Assembly (NCBI GenBank): GCA_030141605.1
Contig: JAQGDQ010000276.1
Location: 186,001 to 250,000 of the forward strand
Source: Tubiluchus corallicola
Taxonomy: Eukaryota; Animalia; Priapulida
DNA: 64,000 nt
Direction: 5' to 3'
The notes beneath the pieces were generated by a model. The model did not search any database. It had not been told where the DNA came from and saw only the letters and a list, made by a program, of their open reading frames with translations. Below, piece after piece: positions 12,668 to 25,066 of this stretch (position 1 is the first letter of the stretch; each line of letters begins with the position of its first letter). The position numbers were made by a program, and so were the translations under genes.

Positions 12668-13500
12668 CAGTGGGGCGCCCCAGATAACTGAAAAATTGGG
12701 CAAAATATGATAAAAGCAAGAAATAACCAGCAGTATATCTTCAAACCAAATGGACCAATTTCACATGGGGAACCAACTTGGGGGATGCTTCTTGTGACCA
12801 TAAGTGACATTCGACTTCAAGGTCACAGTCACGCATTATATTCAGGGAGCAAGCCCTCTATCATAACTATAATCATTTGTATTATCTCAGAAACATATAA
12901 TGGAAAACACTTATAAATATTTTTAAACTGTGCTTTCAATCAAGATAACATTGCCCCACCATTAAGATCAAAACAAGGTCAAGGTCACATAGAAATTCGC
13001 ATGGTTTACCATTTTAGCAAAAAACACGTGTGCATTGTCACATTACGTTCTCTGTTGTTAACTTACGTAACTTCGTGACCTTACATGAGTTGACAACAAA
13101 TTGTAAAGTAATAATTTAACTAGCAGTTAGGAATACCAAAATTAATTGCCGTAACAGTTACACATGCACACAGAGCTGTGCACTTGAGATCTGCTTTGGC
13201 AGATCTGTATTGCCCAGTACAGGAAATCTTAATTGCAGCTATAGTATATGAACTGATAGCCAGATTGAAATGTCTGGTGAAGTTTTGATCATAGTGGCTT
13301 CTATATGTCACTGTCCAGCCGCATTCTCCAGGATCTGGCAGTGGGATGGCTGTGTGGGATCGGAGACATTGATCCAAATACAGCCTTGCAAACTGGCACG
13401 CTTTGTATGTTCTTGCAGGACATATGATAGAAGGGACATAACGTGCATGATCATTAACTTTTAAAATTACATACAGCAACAATCAATCATTTTTAGTCTT
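12668..13500 (-). mobile_element. Academ-like DNA transposon remnant (terminus plus degenerate C-terminal Cys-rich transposase region)
   Basis: Minus ORF 13120-13482 contains PLPDPGECGW and AKADLKCTALCAC, resembling the LP.P...GW plus Cys8 finger tail of Academ transposases. There is a terminus-like CAGTGGGGCGCCCCAG at 12668 and repeated AAGGTCA subterminal motifs. Confidence 0.5.
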
Positions 13501-14289
13501 ATTTGCATAACTTCACTAGCTTTGATCACAATTTTTTTAAATTGACATTTCTCACATTTATATCACTTTTTACATATCCTTTATTTTTTAAAAATAACTT
13601 TGTCGTACTACATACCTTTTTCATTATGAAGACCCATTAAATTTTTGCTTCTTACTAAACTTTATTAATTGCGATTTAGTGGCAAGATGATAATGTTAAT
13701 ATTAATCATGATTTCAAACTTTCAATGTCAGTCTCATGTTTTTTGGAAAAATGTATTAATTCATTATATCAAAAATTTGGATAAGCACTGCACTAACATA
13801 AAGTTATAACCCGTTATACAACTACAAAGCACCCGTAAAGCACCCTTAATTGCTAGGGTAAACAAAAACAACATACAGTGTCGTGCAGAACAATTTGTTA
13901 CACCAAAATATTGCTAAATCAGTAACAGCCTATTATTCACTCAAAATTTAAAAAATCATTGTTTTTGTCAACTCGCTGACAAGATTTCGACAATATGGTA
14001 ACAATATTGCATGCTGTTTGGGACGACATCTAGCAGTCCATTTACAGCATGGTTTTTACAACAGTTATGAGTACCAAGGAACATTGCTTCAAACCAAGAC
14101 CATGGACTATATACGACCTATTTTCCTGGTCTTGGACACTTGTCCAGTCTCCACATTTGTAAGGGAAACTATGACTTGGAGATGCTATGCTGAGTACGTT
14201 ACCAAAATAAGAAATTTAACAAAAATGTTTAGCAAAATATGCGGTCTGGTAGGGATGAGTATCGAACGTTAGATTTCGAAAACTACAAC

Positions 14290-15230
14290 CAGATGAAATG
14301 CACATTATTGCAATTCTACTAAAGGATGTTAAACTTACTGTAAAGGTTGGGAACACCTTACAAAGAACTTTCAGCACGAACTTTGGGGTCCCCCAGGGGG
14401 ACTACCTTAGTCCAATACTTTTCACACTCTACCTAGCAAATGCATTACGATCCAATTCCTCCAAAATATGATCATGATTATGATACACTGCCTGTTATAA
14501 CCTTCCTTAACAGATGATATAGGATGGATTAAAATATCAATTTTTCAAACTAACACAATAAAAAGGGATTTTCCAAAAAACTAGAGAAAAGAAATCTTCA
14601 AGTAAACCAGTCAAAAACAGAAGTATATATTATTGCAAGAGACTGCCAAGAGATGGTAATCAGTCTTGGAAAATGTGCAAGTACATGGGCAGTTTTCTAA
14701 GCACCAAAGCTGATATTAAAAGCTGAAAGCAACAAGCATTGCATGCTTTTCTTCAGCACAAGAATGTATTAACTAGCAAGAAATTAAGTCTCTTAACATA
14801 ACACTTTGGTTATTTAATGCTTACGTTTCCAGCATATTTATGTACAACAGCGAAACTTGGGATTTTTAGAATTAAAACGATTACTCAAGAAAAGTAGATT
14901 AACACTTTTCAGAGAAGTCTTCTCTGGAAAGCTTTAAAGATAAGATGGTCATGCATAATCAAAAATGAAGATTTATACACCAGAACAAAAGAAATTTATT
15001 GGAGTTCAAAAGTCAAGATTCAAAGATTAAGATGACCTTAAAACCTTACAAAAAACACCTGAAAAACCCAAAACAACTTGGATAGCTAAGATAAGTAAAT
15101 ATGTTCAACAACTTCAACCAAATCTATCTTCAGGAGTAGAAGAACTTACGCTGTTAGCTGCAGATAGAAGTGGGTGGAATACATTGATAAATGTTTATAC
15201 CTCAATGCCAACAATAGGTGTAAGAAGAAA
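14290..15230 (+). mobile_element. Degenerate non-LTR retrotransposon (RTE/Proto2-like) RT and 3' end
   Basis: Frames read DEMHIIAILLKDVKLTVKVG...TNFGVPQGDYLSPILFTLYLANAL, then DDIGWI, NLQVNQSKTE, CKYMGS, FNAYVSSIFMYNSETW, KPKTTWI, LAADRSGW, interrupted by stops and frameshifts. Confidence 0.85.
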
Positions 15231-16259
15231 AACTGTCATGGGACTTTCGTGTTGGCTGAATATGGTTGTCAATGATGAAAATCCGTGCAACCTGTTAAAT
15301 GTCTGCTAGCCTGCTGGAATTTGTTATATTTTACTCGTAACGTACGTATGGGTGTGCGTTTGATTTAGACCGGACACAGGACTAACTGATGAACGTTTTA
15401 ATTCTGCTATTCAACCGGTAGGTGTAGGAAAGGAACTGGAATTGAATTGACGTGGAGTCTCCTTAAGCGAAGCTGACGCTTTTTGCTCGTCGAGAAGGGT
15501 GTTGGAAATTTTCTGTGTTATTGTGCATATCTCTCATTTTTTGAAGTTCTTATTGGCCAGGTCACACCCGCTGTGTATCGTGTAAAGTAATTTTTTAACT
15601 CAGTAAATAAATTTAAGAACTGTGGTAGTCGTATTAAGTGGCAGACAGTTATGTAAGGAAATACTGAGATTTAACGAGAAGCCCAAAATTTACGATTCAC
15701 ATTCCACACCCATATTTAAAGGGGAATGGGAAACGCTAAATAAACCTGCGAAATAAAGAAATTCTATATCACTAATGGGTCTGTAGAATAGCGTACAGCA
15801 CCAATTTTTCGAAAACAACAAAATGAAATTAGCAATTTAATTGGAAGGAGTTTCCCATTCCCCAAACAATTTAAATACCCTAATCCTAATACGCTTCACG
15901 AACTAATTTACTGTGTGTGAGGAATTGTAAACGTTGGCCTTTTAATTTTGTGTGCAAGCTGATCATGTTTAGGCCTATAGTGTAAATTATGCTGACTTGA
16001 AGATGAGAAGAACATAATTAATAGTTATCATTATACTGTGATTGTTTTAATAGATTTTTAAAATGTGTTTCATCTTAAAGGATAAGGCAATGTACTGTTT
16101 CTATATTGTGGATACAGTATATCATCTTCACTAAAATCGACTAGCAGGCAGATATCAATAGAAAGTGTCTGTTTTCGAGATCAATTACGCAAATTTATTT
16201 TACTTGTAAATCACACTATATAGATGGTTTACTTTGTCATGACTTCTTTACAGTTTCCT

Positions 16260-16900
16260 CGCCTTTGATTACAATTTTATCTGCAATGCTTCGTTGACAT
16301 ACATTCTAACTTTTGTTAATTGATCTATATTTGAACTGCCTATATCCTGCAGTGATAGGCCCCATTTATTAGCACATATTGTTTGACATTCATAAAGATG
16401 TTCCGTGGTGTCCTCTTCTCTGTAACATAATGGACACCTAAGGTCACTTTTGTATAGGTTTTTAAGCTTAACCATATTAAGCCTTATAGCCATAACATCA
16501 TTCAGTTCATCCATTTGACATGTTTCAACATATACTTGTCTGTGAAAACTAATGTTTTTACATATCTTAATGAATTGATTTCATTTTTTTATATTATATA
16601 TTTTTTCATCTAGATTTAGTGATTGAATTTATTGCAACCGAATTTATGTCAATATTGTATTTCAGCATAATATGTTTAATTTCAGAGTACCAATCTTCAA
16701 AGTTATTATTTATTTGAACCTGTAAGACTTTCTTGGCTAATCTTTTTTGCAGGAGTTCATTAGCAAGTGGCAATACAATGATTTTTTATAATCTTACCTA
16801 AATACCGTTGGTCATGTTTTTGTTTCACACAACATACCCCAATATGGCATACCACTTTTTTGGCATAAAATGTTTGATAACACTTCTCTCTTCCATTGAG
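16260..16900 (-). mobile_element. Non-LTR retrotransposon 3' fragment with C-terminal zinc knuckle
   Basis: ORF 16269-16514 has CPLCYREEDTTEHLYEC (CX2CX7HX3C). Upstream broken frames read PYWGMLCET and RLAKKVLQVQ...DWYSEIKHIMLKYNI, typical of LINE ORF2 tails. Confidence 0.75.
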
Positions 16901-17319
16901 GCGTTTCTGGTAGAACAACGCACAATTCTTAACTAATTAATTTTGTTTGTCAGAAAGGAAATACAAAGTGAAAGCTTTGCAAATTAGCAAATTATGGGTA
17001 GTGTGGGAAGCTGTGTTTTTTGTTGTTGTTATCTTGCTTTGTCGAGGAAAGTTTACCCTTGTTTTCATTTTTAATTTATTGATTTGTTTAGATAACAAGA
17101 TTACTGATTCGCTCTTAAATCACTGATTAGATAAACACTGTTGTTATTCAATCCTTACCAGAATCCACAAACCATATTATATAACTTTAACTTTACAGAT
17201 TATCCTTAGTAATTCTTGCAGAGTCGCAAATGATATTTATTCTGTGGTATTGAACAAGATAGATGTGATAAATGCTGCCGATTTTCATCTTATATAATGT
17301 CTTATTTTTTATTATGCAG

Positions 17320-17376
17320 GTTCAAGTATTCAGAATAGTCTGAAGAGTACAAGGTTGCAAAAAGCTTACCATCAAG
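17320..17376 (+). other. Candidate 5' UTR exon of the G-gamma gene
   Basis: Flanked by ttttttattatgcag acceptor and AAG|gtcagt donor. It has a stop in the frame of the G-gamma ATG, so it is non-coding. Confidence 0.4.
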
Positions 17377-18069
17377 GTCAGTGCAAATATATGTAAACTT
17401 ATTAATAATTAATAGGCTTAGCAGTGTATGAGGGTGGATCAAGAAGTTCTTTGCTTTACCTGAGTATGAATAGATCTAAAAATATTAAAGGTGACTGAGA
17501 GCATCTATGAACAAGTAAATAATCATGTACATTTATATAATTGCTAAATATATAATTAACATTCTTAACATTCTGTAAGTGATCTATGCTCTTGACATCT
17601 GACCCCTGACCTGATTTCAGTGCAGGTCGAGTGTAGCTGGAAAATTGTAAGAAATCCAGGCTTATTGAAGTTTTACTGCTTAACACTGACCTGCCGCTGA
17701 TCTTACTAGAATTGCATACTTTGGTTCAAACTATTTTTCCATACTACAGCCTACTTTTCACCTATCATGTCTTCTGGGTCATAGCTCCTAAATAATAGAA
17801 CATCTGTTTCCTTAAAGGAATAGTAGTTGTCCTCTTTGAATCATACACTAACTGTGGAAAAAGCAAAATGTAAAGTAAGTCCTCGTTCAGTAACATCCGA
17901 TAGTTTATTTTAATAGTGATAAATTATTCACTATTATTCACTAGTATTAAATTATTCACTTCCCTCATGCAATAGCAACTTTTTGATTTAAGTTCTGTCA
18001 TGTTGTTTGTTATGTTACTCTCTATAAAAACATCCAATACTAATCTGAATCAAAAGTGCTGTGTTAATA

Positions 18070-18721
18070 CAGTCAAGCCTCTTTATACCACCCACTTGAA
18101 ACTAGAAAAAATTTTGTGTTACAGCAAGTTTGGCATTATAACAAGGCGTGTTAAATTTTGCCATAGACTAGAGTCCACAATTTCCACACTAAAGGTTAAT
18201 GACTTAAAGGAAATGACCTATTAAATTAATCATTTGTGAATTAATGACTCGCTTAAAATCAATCATCTTTATCCAAAACATTTTGTTTACCTAAACATGT
18301 CTTATACTCAATTATATAATCAGTAGGCCTACTTCTCCACTAAAGGTTAAGTCATAACTACAAATTTTTGGTGGGACTTGCTTGGATATTTCAAGCAAAT
18401 ATCACATTTTTTGGCAAATAAAGAACAATGTGTCAGTTGTTGTTATAACATGCATTATTTTACACGACACATGACGTCTGGTCAGTGTCATTGACTCTGT
18501 GGAGCATATAACAGCCTCGTGCACTGCTATTTTATCAAGAAGCTGCTGGAGGCGATATTTCCCCGTTGAACATGCATATTACCTTTTCTGGTGGATGGCG
18601 GATAACAGGTGGCGGTATAATGCATTATTTTTATATACAGTTAAATACTGCCATTTTGCAGATCTGCGGTAAATGAGTTTGGCAATATAATTTGGGGGGG
18701 CAGTATAACGAGGTTTGACTG
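18070..18721. mobile_element. pogo/Tigger-type (Tc1/mariner) MITE
   Basis: TIRs CAGTCAAGCCTCTTTATAC / GTATAACGAGGTTTGACTG (17/19 match) with TA on both sides. A related single end occurs at about 5565-5584. Confidence 0.75.
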
Positions 18722-19622
18722 TATTTGCCATACTGCTTTGTACCAGACTGTCAAGCCGACTCAGACGCTGGCTTATGTCTGTATAGCATAATTCCTTGTC
18801 TTTGCCTATCATAACTTGCATAATTATCTACAGTGCACTTGTAGGATCAATAGCCATTTCTCAACCTTTTCATCTGCATGTACAGTGTAACGATTCAGTC
18901 TGTATCTCTCAAACATAAAACAGGAGGAAATCGACAACACTGAAAATGAAAGTAGATATTTCAAACCAGTTTGATGTCCGAAAAAGACAGCATTTGACAT
19001 AGCGGCTCTGCCCGAGATAGATCTTTGGTAAATTTGAATTATGTTGAAATGGCTCAATTACAAAATTACTGCCCTATAACTTTGTTGTGGCAAATTAAGT
19101 TGTTAATGTGATCTACATGATAACGTCGGCCGTGAAGAAGAGCCGTCTCCACTGATTCTCTTGCTGTGCTTATGATTTTCACTTGATCCAACCACAAGTG
19201 CAAAATCGTATTCTGCACTTTTGTACCAGACATCACTAGTTAAACTGCCAGCTTTACTGCAGACTTCTAGGTAAGATGAACCATTGCATATACTTCATAA
19301 TCAAAGTAGTCTGGTGTGCCATAGTGCTTCTTCTGGCCAGCTTCAAAGTCTAGTCAGCATGAAATACTGTTAGCATTTCTATAGTAATTATACCTTTGTA
19401 TAGGCCCCTTTGCTGTATTTATTTATTAGTTGTTGCTGTTTACATACTGTCAACTTAAATTGATGGAATTCGTATTGAATGATGTTACTTCTCATGAATA
19501 CAGATGTCATTACAGACTGTCATTATTCATTAATTACAACCTTACCCAGCTGACATGACTATGACATAACAACAGTTTGTAAACCTGTTTTTGTTCATAC
19601 CTCTATTCGTTTTAATTTGCAG

Positions 19623-19823
19623 ATGTCTAATATTGCTAACCAGAGAAAACTAGTGGAACAGCTGCGACGAGAAGCAGGAATACGTCGTCAGCCAGTAAGC
19701 GCTTGTGTCGAAGACCTAAAAAAGTATTGTGAAGATCATCGTACTGAAGATGTACTACTCGTCGGTTTTGCCACTGACAAAGCGAATCCGTTCAAAGAAA
19801 AAAGCTCGTGTGCAATTTTGTAA
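19623..19823 (+). CDS. Heterotrimeric G protein gamma subunit (GGL domain), 66 aa
   Basis: MSNIANQRKLVEQLRREAGIRRQPVSACVEDLKKYCEDHRTEDVLLVGFATDKANPFKEKSSCAIL*. Has the hallmark RKLVEQLR.E, D.LL, NPF and C-terminal CAAX (CAIL, geranylgeranyl type). The ATG is immediately preceded by a ttttaatttgcag acceptor. Confidence 0.96.
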   Translation: MSNIANQRKLVEQLRREAGIRRQPVSACVEDLKKYCEDHRTEDVLLVGFATDKANPFKEKSSCAIL

Positions 19824-22800
19824 TATTGCTAACAGTCATTGTGAGTTCATATTTTGAAGGTATTTTTCATTTTCATTGTAATTTATAAACAGAATGAGTT
19901 TAAATGAGACGTTTTACATGCTTGTCAAATTATTGCCTTACTAGTGCAAAGGATTGTTTTTAAAATGATCACAATCAACAAAGTTTTGTAACAGTTAATA
20001 TTGACTGTTTTACAAATTTCCAGCAACGTAGATCGTATTCTGCACGCACATAAATGTCAGAAAGTATTACAATCTAAGAATCATATATGCAGTTTAGCCA
20101 ACTGTCTAAAGCTAGTAAGCTACTGTTTATAGTTGGACTGTAAAGGTTACAATTACATAGCAACTATCCTCACATTATTCAAGTATTTTCACTGAAATTG
20201 GTTTACCTAAAATATGAAAGACAATTGATGAACTGACAGTTTCCTACTGAAAATGTTTTAGCTTGTACAACTGATGTAGATTTCGAAATACTATTTCCAG
20301 TTTATTAATAAATTCAGGTATTTGCAGTTTAATGGTGTACTTTTATATAATTCAAGTTGTCAGTGCACTTTAAGGTGTTATTGAATGTTGAACATTCTTA
20401 CTGTTGTATTATTGTCTAAGTGTTACTGGTACTACATCTGGCTAGTTTTAGAATATCGCAAATCTCTACCATCAAGTGATTATCAGTGACTGTAGGCAGA
20501 TAGTTTAGTACCATTTGTCCACTGTCCAAAATGCAAAACTCAGGAGATAAAGTAAGGTTACATAAAACTTTATTTTCCATAGTAATTTAACAATTTAAGA
20601 CCCTGGGAGAACAGAAACGCTTGCATTTATTTGTTCAAGTCTTCAAGTAGTATTGTTGTGGTAATGTATCTATAAGTACTGTATCTATAGGCATGTATTA
20701 AAATAGTGGTCGTGCAAAGTCGTAGTTGTGTTTACAATTGCTTTGTAATCTAATCTATGATGAAGTTGTATTCGTGTATGTAAGTTAAAAATTTTATTAC
20801 TTTTGTTGTGTTTTTGCACACAAATGGTCATATTTAATCTAGCTGTAACAACAAAATGTTTAATAATGCAAATGCCACTAAGCATATTGTCTAGTTTACC
20901 TATTCTGATCTGCCAGTCTTGTAATCATAATGGTTGTGGAATTTTTGATTGATTTAACAAAAAATTGTCATGCTACTCTGCATTTTCAATGTTTTCAGCA
21001 TGCTACATGCATTAATCACTTGTTAACTTATTCTGAGTTTTCTTTGTTTTCTGTTTCATGTGTTTGCAATATACAATGTGTTTAGCAGTAAATATTGTTA
21101 ATACTGAAATGCATACCATTTGCCGGAAAGTTGAGATGTTTTTTTTGTTTCTTTAACAAAAGTTGTTTGCTGTGCCAACAGTAATTGTGTCTTCTCAATG
21201 AATGTAGTTCACATTGCTAATATGAATGTTTTAAAATTTGAGCTCCTAGCAGCTTAAATTGCTGTTTACTTTGTAAAGATGTGCGGTACAATTGTCATTA
21301 TTTTAGTGCTTCATAAAAACAAGCATAAACAGATTGTAAGACATTATTTTGTTTCAGAAGAACTGTACTGTAAACATTTTTTTGAAAATATGTTTATGAG
21401 CATTTGACATTAGGCAGTAAACATTTTGTGTCTGGATGAGTGATGAGTATGAAGTATTATTGTTCTATTTTAGCAAACTAGCCATAGTGAAATAGGTTAA
21501 CTGTGTTACATTTGTGTATAGTATACAAAAGTACAATCTAAAGTGTGCTTGGTTATGTTTGTGTCAGTGCATTTTCAAGCTTCGACTTTTTTCTGATAAT
21601 AGTGATAAAGCAGACTAGTCTATTTTAATATGACAATCATTTTTAGGTTGTAATCAGTTTATTCAAACCTTATTGTCTCTTATTGTAAACTATCGTTTTA
21701 CCTACTATAACAGCCATTTATAAACTTAATAAATTACAGTAAAATTATATTTCCTGCTAACAAGAAACCGTGGCTGAACAAAGTTACAATTTTTATAGGA
21801 GGAACCTGGGCTAAATTTTTGGTATTGATTCTGGTGTACAGTCCCAGATGTATAGGTCATAAAACCAGTCAAGGTAGTGTACCATAGATTTTAACTCATT
21901 GTGTAATGTTAGATCGGTAACTGTTCTAGATATTAAGATCTGTAATGATGTACGTCAAATGTTTATATAAGGTAAAAATAAAAGGTAACATTCTGACTGT
22001 CTGTAGAAAATCTTGTTTGTTGTTTCAGCTAATATCAGTCCTTGCGTAACTGTGAGTCACTTCAATAATTCAATACTGGTAAAACATGACTATCAAATTC
22101 ATTTTAACAAATTTAAAGAAAAAAAACATCACAGTTAGTTTTATTTGGATCCTGCTTTCCTGATACGTCAGTTGCAGCAGAATACATTGTGTATGCATGA
22201 TATTTTGTAAGACGAAGTTTTACGATTATTGTCATAAAATATCTGTTATGCAGTGATAGTCTGAAAACTGCCATTAAGAATACTGCTATGCCCAGTGTCA
22301 TAGAAAAATTGGCAGTACCAGACTGGTCGACTAACACAGTAGGCAAAAGTATTCTGTTGCAGCAAAGCTTACCTGAAGATTAAAATATACCAGTCAAAAT
22401 AAATTTGTTTTCATAATAATATGATCATGTTCACACTAAATTTAGATTGTAGCATTTAAATTTTGCAAGTAAGCAGATAGCCCTAATTGACAACATTAAT
22501 GTTTTGAATCCGCTTTTATTTCGAAGAGCTTGCTGGTATTAGATTTCAAAAAAATAGTAAAATTCCGTCAGTCTTTGAAATTGGGTTAAATGCCATTTTA
22601 GCTTAACTGTGTCAGTTTTTTGTTGTTGCTCACGTCAAAGTACACTGCGATAGAGAAATATCTATAAAAGGTCTTCACACTAATCCCATTAGTAGCCTGG
22701 CAGTACCATGACTAGTGCAGCCAGCTTTTGCTTGAGCAAATGTTTAGTTGGAATTAATTATAATCAATTTGCTCTCCCAAGGGCTATGTTCAGGTTCGAA

Positions 22801-23528
22801 TTTATATGCACTAATTTGCCGCCCAAATGACGGCAGAGGAAGATGAAAATCAGTAAATGATGCAACATGGCGCGCGTCATCGTCTAGGCCCTAGGGATAC
22901 GTCGCACTTGTTGATGCCATGCATTTCTCTCCACCGTCACCGTCCATGATGGATCATCCCTCAAATCTAACGTTGCATTACGTCATATCTATATACGTCA
23001 GTAGCTGACCCCTCTTGGCTTTTTGTCGTTTCAAGAGTTTTTCGTAATGCTATAATAATGCTATGTTTTTCGTAATGTCGTTGTCTGACATGGGATCGTA
23101 AAAGCAAGCTCTCAGTTAATTTTAATGCTGTATACTAAACTAGTCAATGTGTATCCCTGTTAATAATAGTCTAATTATACTAATTAATATAAAGTTTTGC
23201 AAATAATAGTCATTAATTATAGTATCTATTACTGCTAGCCAGTATCATAGGGCAGCCAAAATCTCAATCAGTTTGATTAATAATATAATTGCAATAGTCG
23301 ATCTGTATCTCATAATAGCTAGTAAAACTAAATAGCAGTATATCTGTTGTTTTTTATATAGACATAGACATTTTATTTATCTCCTCATTTACACCAGGAT
23401 ACAAGTAGACTATTATTGCTATAGCTATTAATTAAAAGGATAAATTATGCATAAAGGAAAGAGTTAGGGGGTGCAGGAGAAAGGGTAGCGAAAGACCAAT
23501 AGGTCATCAAGTCAGCTATCCTATATAG

Positions 23529-23875
23529 CAGTGGTTCCCAAACTTTCTCGGACCGTTACCCAAATCGGGAAACCCGGTCGTGTCCATTACCCCCCACCTA
23601 GTACTACTTCTCCAACTCAAAAAGTAAACACACGTATATGCCACAAGCAAGCAAAATTATTTATGTTTGCTCGTGACATAAATAAATTTCCAGGTGTTGT
23701 TGTTGTATTGTTGCCAAAACAAGAATTAAAAATTTAATTTTAATTAAAAACGTAAAAAGCATTCCGAGCGAAGTTTCAAAAATTTTCAGAGGGGTGCCCG
23801 TTACCCCCCCCCCCCCCCCAAAAAAAAAACCATATTACCACGGGGGGTAATTTACCCCTACTTTGGGAAACACTG
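23529..23875. mobile_element. hAT (Charlie-type) MITE, 347 bp
   Basis: TIRs CAGTGGTTCCCAAA / TTTGGGAAACACTG; perfect 8-bp TSD CTATATAG (23521-23528 and 23876-23883). Confidence 0.92.
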
Positions 23876-23880
23876 CTATA

Positions 23881-24440
23881 TAGGGTTCCCATACGTCTGG
23901 GTTTCCCCAGACACGTCCTCTTTTTGGGCCTCTGTCCAGGCGTCCGGGTGGGTTTTCAAAAAATCGGCAGTTTGTCCAGGTTTTGCCTCAATCCTTATGT
24001 ACGGACGTTGCCAACTGCAGAGCGGAACTTTCATTTCTGTTGCAAATAAAGGTGCGCTGGATTTGGAATTCTCTTTGTTCAGCATAATTTTAAACATCTG
24101 TCAAGCAAAGACCTTTATGCATATCTGTGCAGTCGACGGAAATTGCTGAAAGTAATTCGGTCTTCAGAAAAGTATTCGTGGTCTCAGCCTCGGGCTCAGT
24201 CAAGTTCAAGCGTAACTGCTTCTGAGAGCCAAGTGAAGCAGGCGACTGACAGTTGCTGTGTGTTAATGTTTTTTGCAATATAGCCATTTGGTATTGCTGT
24301 TAGAATACATGTAGGCCTATTTTTATAATTTGCATTTTATTTTGCATTGTTTTAATAGACCCTAGACTGGTCATTTTTGCCTACTTACAAGTGTGCGAAA
24401 AAGTGTCCTCTTTTTCAACTCAGACAATATGGTAACCCTA
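23881..24440. mobile_element. hAT (Blackjack-like TAGGG termini) non-autonomous element, 560 bp
   Basis: TIRs TAGGGTTCCCATA / TATGGTAACCCTA; subterminal GTCCTCTTTTT at both ends; degenerate TSD ATCCTATA vs ACCCTGTA (6/8) once the adjacent MITE is removed. Confidence 0.8.
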
Positions 24441-24963
24441 ACCCTGTATATATGTATGATAGCAATCTACAGTTCTACCTGTATATAATCTTCTATTTGG
24501 ACTTGCCAATGTACGTAATGTTAATTGCATATTTACGCAATAAATTGAATTGAATAGGAAAAGATTCTTGAGGCAGTTTTAGTGTATGCCCAAATCCAAC
24601 GTAATATTCTTACTTGGATGTGTTTACTCCAAGGATTTGCATCACAATCATCATGTACACGTGTATACAGATCATCATTGGGTTATATATGTATACGATT
24701 AAAGACAGGTTAAATCAGATTTTTCGGAAATTTAGCGTATGGCTGATATCGTGATAGCCGGAACTGCGGTATATAGGCTAGTGCGGTAAACGGCGCCCGA
24801 CAAGTTGTTTTCACGAGGAAATTAATGAAGGATAATGTAATGAGTTGAGAATTTGAAATAATTAGCACCGGTAACGTGCTTGGCAGTGACAATCTTTACA
24901 AATGCTGATTTCAGATCTTGTGATTCGATTTTTATAGAAATGAAATAAGGTCGGGTTTCCGGC

Positions 24964-25066
24964 TTTCTTTATAAATTATTACACGCTCCTAAAATTTATT
25001 TTGGCTTAAGTTGTTTTCTTTATAAATTATTACACGCTCCTAAAATTTATTTTGGCTTAAGTTGTT
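24964..25066. repeat. Perfect 51-bp tandem duplication
   Basis: tttctttataaattattacacgctcctaaaatttattttggcttaagttgt occurs twice head to tail. Confidence 0.9.

Noticed and set aside
17340-17372. CTGAAGAGTAC...TTGCAAAAAGCTT resembling a second hammerhead core
   Set aside because: The essential GAAA box reads AAAA and stem II is poor; it is better explained as a UTR exon
22113-22385. 77-aa minus ORF and a ttcag|gtaag recursive-splice-like site
   Set aside because: No host minus-strand gene or protein similarity is evident; compatible with chance
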